A stretch of 64,000 nucleotides of DNA from Paramecium tetraurelia (taxonomy: Eukaryota). The notes below the pieces were generated by a model, which was not told where the DNA came from, searched no databases, and saw only the letters and a list, made by a program, of their open reading frames with translations. Shown in pieces: positions 1-12,417 of this stretch. Numbering within the stretch: the stretch's first letter is position 1; each line of letters opens with the position of its first letter. The DNA lies in the NCBI GenBank assembly GCA_000165425.1, contig CT868429.1:261337-325336 (forward strand), in the 5' to 3' direction. A program made the translations under genes and the position numbers.

Positions 1-3000
1 AAAGAATGTATTTTCCATTATTAAATCAGTTAATTCGATGAATTCATCCTCTAGAAACATTGTCTTATAATCTTTGTAGTCTCTTGGTATTGTCCTTAAT
101 TATACATATTAATATTTACAAATCTTCAACTTAAACATCCTCTCCTTCCTTAGGTTGTTATTCAGGTTAATACAGGGTTATTGGTTATTGATCTAAAGCT
201 CTAAGAATCTAGTCAGTATGAGAGTCAGTCAAGACCTCTGTAATAATCTAGCCTAGTAGTTATTAGAAAGGGTGGGCCATAGCATTATGAATAGGAGGAG
301 GAGGTTATTTAAATGAGTTCACTAATTCTACATTTAAACTTGATTTCTTTTTTATTCTTAAAAACAAGGTTTCTTTATCCACTGTTATCGCTTGCGAATT
401 TTAACTTATCTAAGAAGTATTCACTTGTTAATTTTTATTTTCCCAACTTATTGTGCATTCACATTCTCCCTCATATACAGAAGGAGTTGAGGCTGCAGTC
501 AATGTTAATTTCAATTCTATAAATGACTAAGGTTCGAGTTCTCCCTATATAGGTTCAATCAAAAATTCATCTCCACAGCATAGTCCTGGTCTATTATTTG
601 AAAGAGTGAATTATGAGACACCAAAATCAAATGTAAATTTTCTATCTGCTGATTGATTGTACAAAATGATCATTCTATGTGCAGATTTTAAAGGCAGTAA
701 TTCTCCAAAATCTATTTCTTCCAAAGAAAAGAACACTTTTGAGCCTATAGGAGATTGATGTGATCTTTATCTTGGAATTTCTATAGCTGATTTTTAAATT
801 TAATTTTTAGGTTGATTTGCATATCCTCTTCCTTGAATGGCTAGCTTCACTGGTTGAATAACTTTGACCATATCTGAAACCTCAACCAGTAATTCAAAAT
901 AGTATGTTTTCTATTCTAAAGGTTTGAAAAGGCAATATAAATATTATTTCTCATTAGGCAAGAGGGATCCTTAAGGATTCTGAATATCAAATACATTAAA
1001 TTAAGAATCAATGATCTCTCCATCGATATCCATTTCCTACACAAGTGTTTTATAAGACACTTTCGAACTTCCGACATTTTATATTTCTATTGGATATTTA
1101 ACAGGTTACAATAATCCAACTGGAGTTTCAGGCAACTCAAATGAGTTTTTCTTTACAGCTAATCTACCTTCTAATGGAGCAAGTGTTGTTCCTTTCAAAT
1201 TTAAAACTAATGGTTTTCCATTCAAAATTTATAAGACAACCCTTAGAAAATGACTCTCATTCGAGATTCCCTTAGATTTGAGTTGCTCATCTAAATTGCA
1301 AGGAGTGTAGATTAGCTCTATATCTTTGAAACATTTGGGAGCTATAACACCACCTTTGGGTCTAATTTAAAATATGTTCTTTTCTAAAATGGCTTTTTCA
1401 AATGTATCCTCTTCAGTAGGTTCTCCAGGATCAGCCCAAGGTTCTAATTCTATTTGATGATCAGATGGTAATTTAAATTGCCACTCTAAATCAGTACCTC
1501 CAATATTCTAAATTGTTATGACTATTTTCCTTGATTTTACTTATGGTTTGGATGGTAAGTATCCAAAATTCCAATCATAACTTCTCAATCTCTTTTATAA
1601 CTATTAAGCTTGGTCAAATGTCAATTATTCAATTTTCAAAAATTTCTATTCATCCTCATTTAAATCCTTTCCTAATTCTGTATTAATTTGATTGATTTAG
1701 AAGTTTTCCCATAGTGTGGCAACACTAATTGAATCATTTCTCACATCAGCGATTTTTAGCAAAGGATAACTTCCTTTAGCCTTGATCTCTAGTTTGCACT
1801 TCTAAGATACAATTTTCTTATTTAAGTAATTAGGACCTTTAGGTGCTTTTGGATTCTTCTCTGTTGCAATAACATCCAAAACTAGATCAAATTCACAGAC
1901 TTCTATTGGATTAAACATAATTCCAATGTCTAATTTGGAATTGGCAGCAATAATTCCATTCTGTAAATCCAGAGTGAAGGATCTGTTAATAAGACTAACC
2001 ATTTAATGATCGATTTTATCCTTATCCTTGCTTTTTGGTCTAAGAACTAATTCAATATAAAATGTGCAATTTGAATTATTAATTAAAGTGGCATATTTTT
2101 TAGTATTGAAGTTAACTTTGATAATATTGAAGTCGATTTGTTTAACATTAAGTTCTAACTCTCCATCTGTGCCTTAGCCAAATATTTCGAATTGATAAGA
2201 CAATTCAATTGGTTTTCTTTGTTCAAGTGGAAAGTCTTGATTTCCTGATCCTGGAATATGATACCCAATAAGATTTTAGTTGTCTGCAAGAATTTCAGTA
2301 GCAGTCATAGGTACTTTGATTCTATATTCTTTCTTCTTTTTGTAAGGAATAAATTGGCAGTCTAGATGAAGTACTTCATTGGGTTTAATTTAGCCAGATG
2401 GAGGTTCTATGTATAATTCATTTTAGTATTTCTCAGGGACATCGATTGAGTAACTCATAGGCACTCTTGATTCATTATGAACAGTGATCTTTTATCTAGA
2501 GTAAACTCCAACGAAGGAGGGAGGGAAGAAGACTTTTCCATCATTTTACAATTTCAATGAAGGAGTAGAACAGTATCCTATAGCTTACAAAGTTATTTAA
2601 TTGGAAGATTAATGATTCATATGACAAACCAGAGTTTGGTTATAGGCCTTATTTTCAACTGGCACAAATTCGACAATAATCATCTATGATGACTTACCAA
2701 AGATTAATCCTTGATTTGGATATACTCTGAAGGTTCTTGTTGGATCCGGGCTAAAATTAAAATAGATTGGAGTGTCTGACTTATTAATGAATTCAACTGT
2801 TTGATAGACAGATTCCTCTATTGTGCAAGGAGGGAAGTACAATTTGTTAGATGGTCTAAGTTCTACAATTGGAATATAAGGTTGAGAGTTAATCCCAAAC
2901 GAATGTCCTACACATCCAATTTATCCACTGAAGGTAGGAATCATTTCTTTGGATGTAAAATCTAGGGTATTCTTTTGACTAGTGATTCCAGTTTAAGATA

Positions 3001-4562
3001 ATTTTAAATTTGCACCGTTTCCAAATGACTCATTCAAAATAGAACCTTTGTTATTTTTAACTGAATCTAGTATCTTCTTTGTAAGTTTTGGATTATATTT
3101 GATTGCAAAGAATTGAATATATTAAAAATAGTAGTATGATGATTTTGTAGGTCTAAAACTAATTGAAAATTTGCATTTAGAATTTGCTTGTGCTGATTGT
3201 GTTTCTGGAGAAACTGTGAAAACAGGCACCTTCTCTCCATTAACAGTAGGATGAGCTTGAATTGTCCAAAATACAGTCAATTTACAGTTTAGTCTATTGT
3301 GCAATTCCAACTCCCTAGCTCCACTTGATTAATAGCATTCTACATAGCCAAAATCTATAAAGTCTTCAGAAAATTTGATTAATCTATAATCTGAAGATGG
3401 AGGTAACATTAATTCTTTATACTAAACAGTTTGATTAGGATTTTCTTGCCATTCTCCTTGAAGATTGCTTTGATTTTATTAATTAATTTTCATCAAATAA
3501 GAATTCTCCATATATTTGAAATCCACTTCACTTAATTTTCCTTGAATGACTCTTCTTCTGAAATTGTCAACATGCTATTGAAGCAATGGTATAGGTTTGA
3601 TCAAAAGGTCATAACATGTGCCAATTAAATCCACAAATTTAATTTGATTACTTGCAACACAATACACTCTTTCATAGTAATTAATCGTATGTCTAGGGGT
3701 GAAAGTGACGATGATACGATCAAAGCTTTTACCTTAGATTAGACCTCTAATTTTATTAAAGCTGAAAATGTTATTCATGTCAGTATAAAATTAATATGAT
3801 GTAGCGAGATCAGAATCATTATGGATAGTCAATAACTTTGTCGCTTGATTGCCAATCTTTATCTCCCCAAAGTTAATTGACTTTTCACTTAAATACACAG
3901 CATGTTCAACTGCAGATCCAACACATTCAAATGTTAATTCATTTCCTCCTTAACATATCACTTTAAATCTAATAACTGAAACATTAAGGATTTAAGGTTA
4001 ATATGTGACCTTGATTAAGAAAGTGCTTTTTTGAGGAATGACACCTGAGTAGTAATCTAATGAAAATGCATTGTCTTTAAACTCATCATCTATCATTTTT
4101 GTGATTTAGAATTGGGCTGTAACTTCTGATGAATTCTTAATTGTGATTTCCTTTTTTACTGTTTTACCTATCAATAAAGTTTCGAAATTGAGTTTCTTAG
4201 TGTTCAATTGTAAGAAAGGATATTTGCCAATTCCAGATACTTTGATGACTCTGGGTTCTTCATATTGAATGTGCATGATAATTGATGCAACAATGACTTC
4301 TGCCTACAAAGGAGCGTAAGTCAAAGTAAAATTGATTTTTGATCCAGGAGCTAACTATCCCCTAAGCTATAATCACTATGTATTACCTATCTGGAGTGAT
4401 CTTAAATTTCTAAAATTCAAAATGAAACTACACAGGATAGTCATTTGGATTTTCAAGCACGAATACCAAATTAGATACAGATGTTACAGCAGTGAATCCG
4501 ATATCAAGTGCAGGAGGAATGGTTGTTAATATCATTCGATGTTCCACTTATTTCTTTTTCAT
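1..4562 (-). CDS. CFAP65: Cilia- and flagella-associated protein 65 (CCDC108), tandem Ig-like/ASH-MSP domains; 3' end lies beyond the window
   Basis: Code-6 translation from ATG 4562: MKKKQVEHRMILTTIPPALDIGFTAV...FVLENPND; later FTPRHTINYYERVYCVASNQIKFVDLIGTCYDLLIKP, which matches the CFAP65 pattern as I recall it. 25-nt intron at 4362-4386. No stop before position 1. Confidence 0.85.
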
Positions 4563-4594
4563 TTTATTAAATTTATTTGTTTATTAATAATAAC

Positions 4595-5721
4595 TCATCC
4601 TAAAGTTTTATATTCTTATCCTTTTGGAGGCGACGGTCTATCCTTGCTCTCATAATCTTTTGTTTTAACTTCATCCCAATTAGTTGATCTAAACATTAAT
4701 TGCATTCAATTTATTACAACACTGTTCCTCTTGATCCTTACATAGATTTTATCATTGCTTTTTTTGTGTTATCATCCCCATTTTAATAAATTTACTGAAA
4801 CAAACTATTCAAAGGATCTTCACCGTATTCTTCCTTATGCTTATTGATATCCTCCTCGATCTCTTTGTCTATTTTACTCCAATCCTTCTTTTTTTTTGAT
4901 GAACTGGGATATGCTGCTTATTCCACAATATGAATTTATTATTATTGTTCAACCTTTTTCTACAATGCACCCCAATTCAATGTTTTATCCTTCTTGTCCA
5001 TAATGATTTCAATTGAATTCAACCCCACCTTAGCCTTACTTGTCTCTGGAATAATTTCATCAAATAACTCTAGATCAAGTTCAAAGTTATTTCCCTATCC
5101 TATGGGAAATGATAATTGTAGTCTAAAAGTTAAATATAGAATACTTTTATTTTTCAAACTAATATTTTAAATCCGCACTATTGGGTAATGCATGATGTAT
5201 TTCTATACCAACCTTAAGATCTGTTTGATACCACCTATACATCAATTTTCCTGATGCAGAATAACAATCAGTTCTATCAGCCTCAGAATTCTTTGGGATT
5301 TATTTCAATTACTGAGTTACTCTAGATAGATATTCATATTTTGTTTTACTTTTCCTAAGCTGGTTAGTTGGTATTCTTTAGTTCTAGTTCACATTTCAAA
5401 AGTTACTATTGGGTTTCCTTATGGTTTGGATTGAGTTCAAGGCTTTTTTATAAATCTAACTTTGCTTATTAGATCTTTCCAATAACGAAGTTAATCAATC
5501 CTTTAATGATTTCACTGAATACCCTTTCTATAATATGCTTCAGATCTGTCAGAACTTAATTAGATTGCTTTATCCAATGTGGAGAATGCATCATCATATT
5601 AACCAAGATGTTATTGAACTAATGATTTGGTAACAAGAGTCTCATAGTCATCACTAACCAATAATTGGAGAGCTTGTTCATATTGATGATGAAGAATTAA
5701 GAAATAAGGATTTGAACTCAT
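4595..5721 (-). CDS. SGT1: SGT1 Hsp90 co-chaperone (TPR-CS-SGS)
   Basis: N-terminal TPR (DKAIQLSSDRSEAYYRKG), CS domain (YRWYQTD), SGS domain (YPSSSKKKKDWSKID...LFQQIYQNGDDNTKKAMIKSM..SRGTVLSTNW). Several short introns. TGA at 4595-4597. Confidence 0.92.
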
Positions 5722-7208
5722 AATTATTTATTAATATTTTTCAATACTAAGAAATCTCTGCGTGTTGGACCGTACATATTCGCCAATCCTAAAATGATCT
5801 TACCGCTATTTAATTCTAGTTTATAATTTAGAATCAAATAAACTAGCAAAGTCTTCATTTCCAAAGTTGCTAAGTGTTATCCAATACAATTTCTAGGGCC
5901 AGCTGAAAATGGATTAAAAGAATATGGATCTAATAATGGGGAATTCCATCTATCAATATCAAACTTGAGTGGATTTTCAAAAATAGATGGATCAAAGTGA
6001 CTCATCATCATATTTAAATCCATGCTCTATCCTTTTTAGATTGTGAATTCTCCTAATTAAATATCTTTAAGAGCAACTCTATTGAACAATGAAGGAACTG
6101 CAGTATAGTGTCTATAAGATTCATTAATAAAGTTATCTAATAGTTTAAATTGACTTAGTTGTTGTGGTCTTAGATCATCAAATTATTAAACCTAGCTTTG
6201 GATCTCCTTTCTGAGTCTCTCTTGAACTTCTGGATAGAGACCTAAGGCATAACAAAAGTTCTTCACGACATGGCTTGTTGAGTCTATTCCTGCAATTAAG
6301 AGGGTGAAATATTAATGAATGGCTTCTTCCTTGGTAATATTGTTATTTATGATTTCTTTGCACATGGTGGTCAATATATTATCTTATAATGTCTGATTCT
6401 CTTTGATTTTTTTGATCCCATTATCTATTTAAGATGAGATTCTTTATTTTTAAGCTTACAGTTCTCTAAGAAATGCCTTTTCACCAGATGACAATAAAAA
6501 TGAGGGAGTCGTGGTCTTATTGAGTTTCAATGCGAAACATCTCAAAACAATTAAAGGATTTAAGAAGAAGAGCATCATTTTTTCCATATTTTTATTCACC
6601 TCAACACCCAAATCTGAAACATCATTGTTTTCACTTCCAAAAAATGCTTTGGTGATTGTTGTACTCGTCAACTACTTCAACAAAGTCAAAATATCAATGG
6701 GGCCATCTTGTAGTTAAAGTTTTTTGCATTCTTATTTTAGTGTTTCTACCATTACTAATAGATCCTGATATGTGAAATGTTTGGTTAACATTTGTCTTGA
6801 TGTATGCCAACTCTTGCCATTTTGGAATAGCAATCCTTAATCCATGAATGTATCAGCAAAAGGCATGCCTTCCATTTTCTTAAATGATTCTTAATCAAAA
6901 AATACGAGTTTCTTCAGCTTTGGATCAACCAAGGAGAAGTGAACACCACCTTTTAAATCATTAGATATGTGTAATTTGAGTTTGTTGTTCTTTAACACAT
7001 ACCTTTTTTAGGAATAGAAGGCATCTTTTCGAAATATTAAATCTATTATGATTTGTCCTATAAGTCCAATTATTGGGAAGTAATAGATGTCCACTGCAGA
7101 TCCAAACTTAATCTTGTAGTATAAGAGCTTTGGTATTGGTGCTATTACAAGATAAGCTATGAGGGCCAAGATTGCATAGCCTAAATATGATAAAATTATC
7201 AAATTCAT
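5718..7208 (-). CDS. Cytochrome P450, apparently intronless, 496 aa
   Basis: N-terminal membrane anchor, I-helix AGIDSTS, ESYR (ExxR), heme motif FSAGPRNCIG. Span 1491 nt = 497 codons ending in TGA 5718-5720. Confidence 0.93.
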
Positions 7209-7343
7209 AAATTCTTAATTAATTATAAACAAACAAATAAATTTTGGTTTAAAATTAAAAATTTTTATGGAAAAATGTATATTATATATAAGAATTGTGC
7301 AGTATGTAATCTAAATTCAAAATACATTTTTTTTCATTTGTCA

Positions 7344-8669
7344 TCATCTAATGTCTAAGTTGATTTGATTAAAAAGTGAAGTTCGAGAAGAAATTGAACT
7401 TTCGCACTTTTAAGGGAACAATTTCCAAAATCTAAGAGTTTCATCTCCGCTGCCTGTCACTATGTTTTCTCCATCAGGACTCAGTGATAGATAGAGCACT
7501 CTTAATGAATGGCCATGAAGAACAGCAATTCTCTCTACTTTTGGCATTCTCCAAACCACAATCTAATTGAGGGAATAACTAAGTGTTTAAGGCATATTAA
7601 TAATACCCATGAGAAGTTACTATTTCGTTAGTATTGAAGGACCACTTCACATTACAGATTTAACTGCCAGTGTCTACACTCTTTTGTAGTAATCCATTGG
7701 AAATATTCCAAAATTTTAATGTTTTGTCCGTTGTGCCTCCGCCACTACATAAAATATTATTTTATTTAGGGGACCATGCCAAGGCTTTGATTGCAGCACA
7801 ATGATCTCTGAACACATAAAGGGGTTGGTTCGGCATCCTGATATTATGTATAATGACATTGTTATCATTGCCTCCTGAAGCTAGGTAAGATCCATTTTAA
7901 TTCCATTGGAGTCCGCAAACTTCTTGTTTATGAGAATACAAAGCAATTTCACAATCGTTTTCAGTTCTAATATCTTACATTAAAATAGTCTTGTCTCCAC
8001 TACCACTTGTGATGCATAAGCCATTCCAATCTAAACAACCGACTCTTTTGTGATGGTTTTCGTAGGTCTTCAAAATGGTTCCTTTGTTGATATCATATAT
8101 TCTAACAGCTCCGTTATCATCACCCACTGCCATCAATTCATTTCTACTGCACCATTTCAATGCACTGATATATGAAGGAGCCTCTATCTCTAACAATTGT
8201 GTTGTCTCTCCAGTCTAAGCATTCCATGAATATACTGAATTTTCTAATGCCACTCCTATCTAATTACCTATACTCCAGTCTACTAATTAACAATAAAAAT
8301 CATCTTTTAACTTAGGAGCATCTAATACCTTATATGGCGTTTTGTTTATTTTTCTAACAGGTGAAGGACAGTCATTATTAATTATATAGGGTTTATATTT
8401 AGATGGTTATCTTTAATAAACAAATAAACTTGATTGTGATTTACTCTCAAATAAATTCTATTTCAAAAAATAATTATATTTTGCCTGACTGCCTTCCATC
8501 CGCAGTCTTTCATTCAAATCTAAATCTTTCTTTAAGTCGCTCTACTAATCTTCTACCATATGGAATTGAAAATCATCCAAGTTCACTTTTTCTGGAACTA
8601 ATCTAAAATCTAGAAGAATTGATACCTGTCAAAGCTTTTGCTCTTAGAAATTGATCGGCGTCTCTACAT
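7344..8669 (-). CDS. Cdc20/Cdh1 (Fizzy/Fizzy-related) APC/C activator, WD40
   Basis: MQRRRSISKSKSFDRLVP (C-box-like), PYKVLDAPKLKDDFY, HKQEVCGLQW, AAIKALAWSP, GDETLRFWKLF and a C-terminal IR tail (LDIR-TGA). Confidence 0.92.
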
Positions 8670-8728
8670 TATATATTAACGGATATTTTTTAATTATAAT
8701 TTACATCAAACATAATTATATTTATTTT

Positions 8729-8950
8729 ATGGAAATACTAGAAAAATTTAATGAACAAATGCTTTCCGATCCTAAAATTAAATATGACACTCAATAAATC
8801 GCAAGATTGAAGGTATTTTGCAATATCTGCGCAAACAAATGCTTGAATTTTGAATAGCCCGATCTAGCAAAATAGGAGTCGAATTGCTACACAAATTGCA
8901 TCTAAAAGTTTTATAAGGGGTTTTTGAAATTATAAATATAATATGAATGA
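8729..8950 (+). CDS. Small Tim (Tim8/9/10/13 family) mitochondrial intermembrane-space chaperone, 73 aa
   Basis: MEILEKFNEQ...FCNICANKCLNFEQPDLAKQESNCYTNCIQKFY: twin CX3C motif with typical spacing. 222 nt ORF. Confidence 0.75.
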
Positions 8951-9497
8951 TCATCTATAAAGAATACATAATGACACCATTAATAGTGCTTACGTCTCCT
9001 TTGCAAAGCGCTATAAACCCAGAAATGCCTCTCTAGCTCAATAGCATGATATTAATAACAATCCAATATAAATTTAACCTTCTAAGAAAAGAGTTAAACC
9101 TCGATATTTGACTCCGACCAGAAATGTTCAATCATTCCAAGACCGCGTTGTCGCCTTGCCAGTCATATCTTCAAGCCCAAAAAGCAAGTATTACGTTTCC
9201 AATTTATTCACTCCTTTCGACAGCAAAAAATAGGATCCCTACTTTAAGGATTGGAATTAAAAATTTGAACATTTACTTTGTGGAACCCTTCGTAAATTCA
9301 ACCTCAACCAAGAGTAAAAACTATTTAACTAATCATTCACACCAGAGGAGCAACTCCAAATGATAAAAGTATTCAAAGAAAAACCACCATATTAATTTAC
9401 AAAAAAAAATAAATAGCGATCATCCAAAAACAAAGATCTTGATGAAGATTTCGCTATTCACGATATATCTTAATATTTTTATAAACTCTAGGATTGA
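8943..9497 (+). CDS. Hypothetical protein, 184 aa
   Basis: Uninterrupted code-6 ORF MNDHLQRIHNDT...YFYKLQD-TGA (555 nt). No recognised domain. Confidence 0.6.
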
Positions 9498-9623
9498 TTA
9501 ATTTATATCATTTTATTAAATAACCAACCTATCATCCTTGCATTAACCTCTACTCAGAAACACATTATTAAACTCAATTGCGAAATACTCAAATCAATCA
9601 AATTTACATATCATTTAATTTAT

Positions 9624-10139
9624 TCAAAAATCCAGCAATTCTCTTACATCCCTATCAAATTGAGTTCTTTTCTTTTCCCCCAATGGTTAATCATCTGATT
9701 AAAAAGGGTCTTTTGAAAAATAATCTGTATACAATCTATAAATCTGTCTCATCTTTTGTACGTTGTCTTCATGTTTTTTTGGTACTTCCAAATTTTTATC
9801 TAAGGCTTACGATTATGATTTACTTGAAATAACCAAAAAGCGTAATCCTGTCAAAGTTTTCAATGTTGAGACCATATAATTTTCTGTTATTAACAAATCT
9901 ATGGCATTGTCTCTTTCAAAATCTTTATCCTTATCTTACTCGACCTTGTAAATAGCTTCAGGAATTATTGTTTGTGTAAGGTGATCAATTGCATAAAATA
10001 TTGATGATGCCTGTAAAACTTAATTTGTAGTTATTTTATCTTAATCCTCTCTATACTATTCTTTGAGTTGTGAAAAGAATTATAAACCTCCTGTCTTATT
10101 CACAACTATAAAATAATAATTTTATCTGTCTTTTTTCAT
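9624..10139 (-). CDS. TRAPPC4: TRAPP complex subunit 4 / Trs23 (sybindin family)
   Basis: YFIVVNKTGGLQF...TLKTLTGLRFLVIS...IYRLYTDYFSKDPFQSDDQP...QFDRDVRELL. 516 nt, intronless. Confidence 0.8.
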
Positions 10140-10586
10140 TATAATATATATAATAATAATAATAAATTAAATATAAAAATATTAATTCATATATGTTTTT
10201 GAATTATAGAACTAATTTATAAAATTAATTTAAATCCTTTGTGAGTAATAACTTTCAATATTTTTTTTGAAATTCTCAGAAATTGTAAAGTGATTAGAAC
10301 TTGGTAAATCTATATTAATATTTTATTGTTTTAGTTTTTTCTACCTAAGGAGAAGGTTCTACCTAGATTTAAGTAATATATTTAACAATTTAATTTGTAA
10401 AAAAAACAAGATAATTATCCAAATTTTATCCTTCTTAAATATTACAAAAATGTTCAGATTGAATTTATTTCCAATCGAGATTTTTGATTAATTTAGCAAT
10501 GTCTAATCAAAATTTTTTAAAATAAAAATACTTTACATCTAAGATAATAAATTATTTAATATGTATACTGAGTTCATTTAGTCATT

Positions 10587-12238
10587 TCAATTTTTTTAGA
10601 CACTATGATTATTTTAGTTAAATTATTTTAATAATTGAGAAATCATTAATTGCAAATAGTTTGTGGAAATAGATAATTTAGTGTTTAATTTGATTTTGTC
10701 AAACTCAGATAATAATTCAATTTGAGTTAGTTAGATTATTTTGTTTTAATATTGATAGTCTTCAATTTATTTACAGATTTTTCCTTTTTATTATTAATTT
10801 CTTGACAAGATGTCACTGAAATTTACAATTTAAACCTCTAAATTATTGAAAATACCATTTGCATTTTTTTTTGGATTCATGAGTTTAAATATTTCCTTAT
10901 CCAAATTATTGCCCATTTTTTTAATATATGTTTTAGCGGCTACCATAACTCTTAAGATTGGGCGAAACATTAAAATAACAATAACCATAGAAATCGAAAT
11001 CAAAGAGCAAGATGTAATTATTTACGTATAGAAAGTTTGTTCATTTACTTATTAAACATTGAGCTCTAATGATAAGAAATTTTCTTGCAATAAGTGTTCA
11101 AAACTCGCATTAGTAAACCTATTGTATTAACTTAAATATTACATCATCAATGTGAAATTGCCAGGAATCTGATTGGCTACAATTTTTATGGGTTTCTAAT
11201 AAATGGAATTATATCTACATAAAATTTATTTTTCATCCTCTAAGCAATTCGAAATGCTTGGAGAATTTTTAGCAAAATTTAAAATCTCACCCCAATCAGA
11301 TTGATTGAATCCTGTTTTGTTCTCTTCATAAATAAAATTAAGTTCAGTGACGGAGAGATTCAAATTTACATTTCTATAAATGATCTGACCTTTTGCATTA
11401 ATTAAATAGGTGTTTGCTTAAACCAATCTCATATCTGGATCCTCGGCATCTATATCAGTACCTGCAACTGCATCTAAACTTTAAGTGTATTAATTTTCTA
11501 AAGAATAAGTTATGGTTTATTTGTAGATAAATTCAGTGCCCGAAAAGTAGAGTTATGAGAAGTGAAATTTCTAACTTTTATCCAATTAGTACTTCTCAAC
11601 ATGGTTTAAATACCAATCCTTCTATTAAGGTGCGAATGACTAATCGTATATGACTTAAGGATAAATAAATCCAAGTTAAATGTCTCCAGTTGCTGCATAA
11701 AAGATTCTATTATGTTGTAATGTATCAAATAACAGAATATGCTCAGATAATAATCTGGAGAATTTCCATAAATCTTAATATTTTTGAATTGATAGTAATT
11801 TATTGCCATCTTTACAACGATAGCAAGATATACAAGGTTCTGGAATCTAAAATATAAAACTCTTTTATTATAAAGTTTAACACCAAAGTGGATCTTTGTA
11901 TTATTCTGAGATATGATAATTGCCTAATTATTAATAAAGTGTTCCTAAGCTTGTTAGAAGTTGAATTCCTAAAGTATTTATAAAAGATTACGTTAATGCT
12001 ACTTAGATATGAGATATTGATTCAGTTACGGAAGAAAGAGCTTAAGCGCTGCTCTGTCTTGATTTTGTAGAACAGTTGTAGAGGAGTTTTCGTATATTCC
12101 TATTATTACATTTTTCTAAACAATATAAAATGACCCAATCAATAAGAAACTGATTAAGAAAGCAAAAATCTTAACCAAAAAAATCTAATCTCTCATTTTA
12201 AGGCTGCGAAACCTTTTTTTAAAGAATTGCCAAATCAT
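10587..12238 (-). CDS. Two-TM membrane protein with extracellular Cache-like domain and short cytoplasmic HAMP-like tail
   Basis: N-terminal TM; PQQKDWYLNH...QTITYSL...AVAGTDID...TYLINAKGQIIY...KTGFNQSDW; second TM followed by FRPILRV. 23-nt intron near 11970-11990. Confidence 0.65.
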
Positions 12239-12417
12239 TATCAATTAATCTAATTTAATATTAATTTTCATTTTGATTTAAGAAGTATTTGGTCACAATG
12301 GATTAAAATTAAACAGTACAAACTAATTTTAGACAAAATACTTCTATTTACTAACTATCCTTTTATTTTATTAATATATGTATTTTATTCTTTATATTTT
12401 ATATTATATAATATTAA

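Noticed and set aside
9540..9620. Possible box C/D snoRNA on the minus strand (ATGATA...CTGA)
   Set aside because: Imperfect C box, no terminal stem and no guide target I can identify; probably 3'UTR.
9660..9690. Suspected frameshift in TRAPPC4 at a G/A homopolymer
   Set aside because: A recount shows the frame is continuous (516 nt) to the expected C-terminus.
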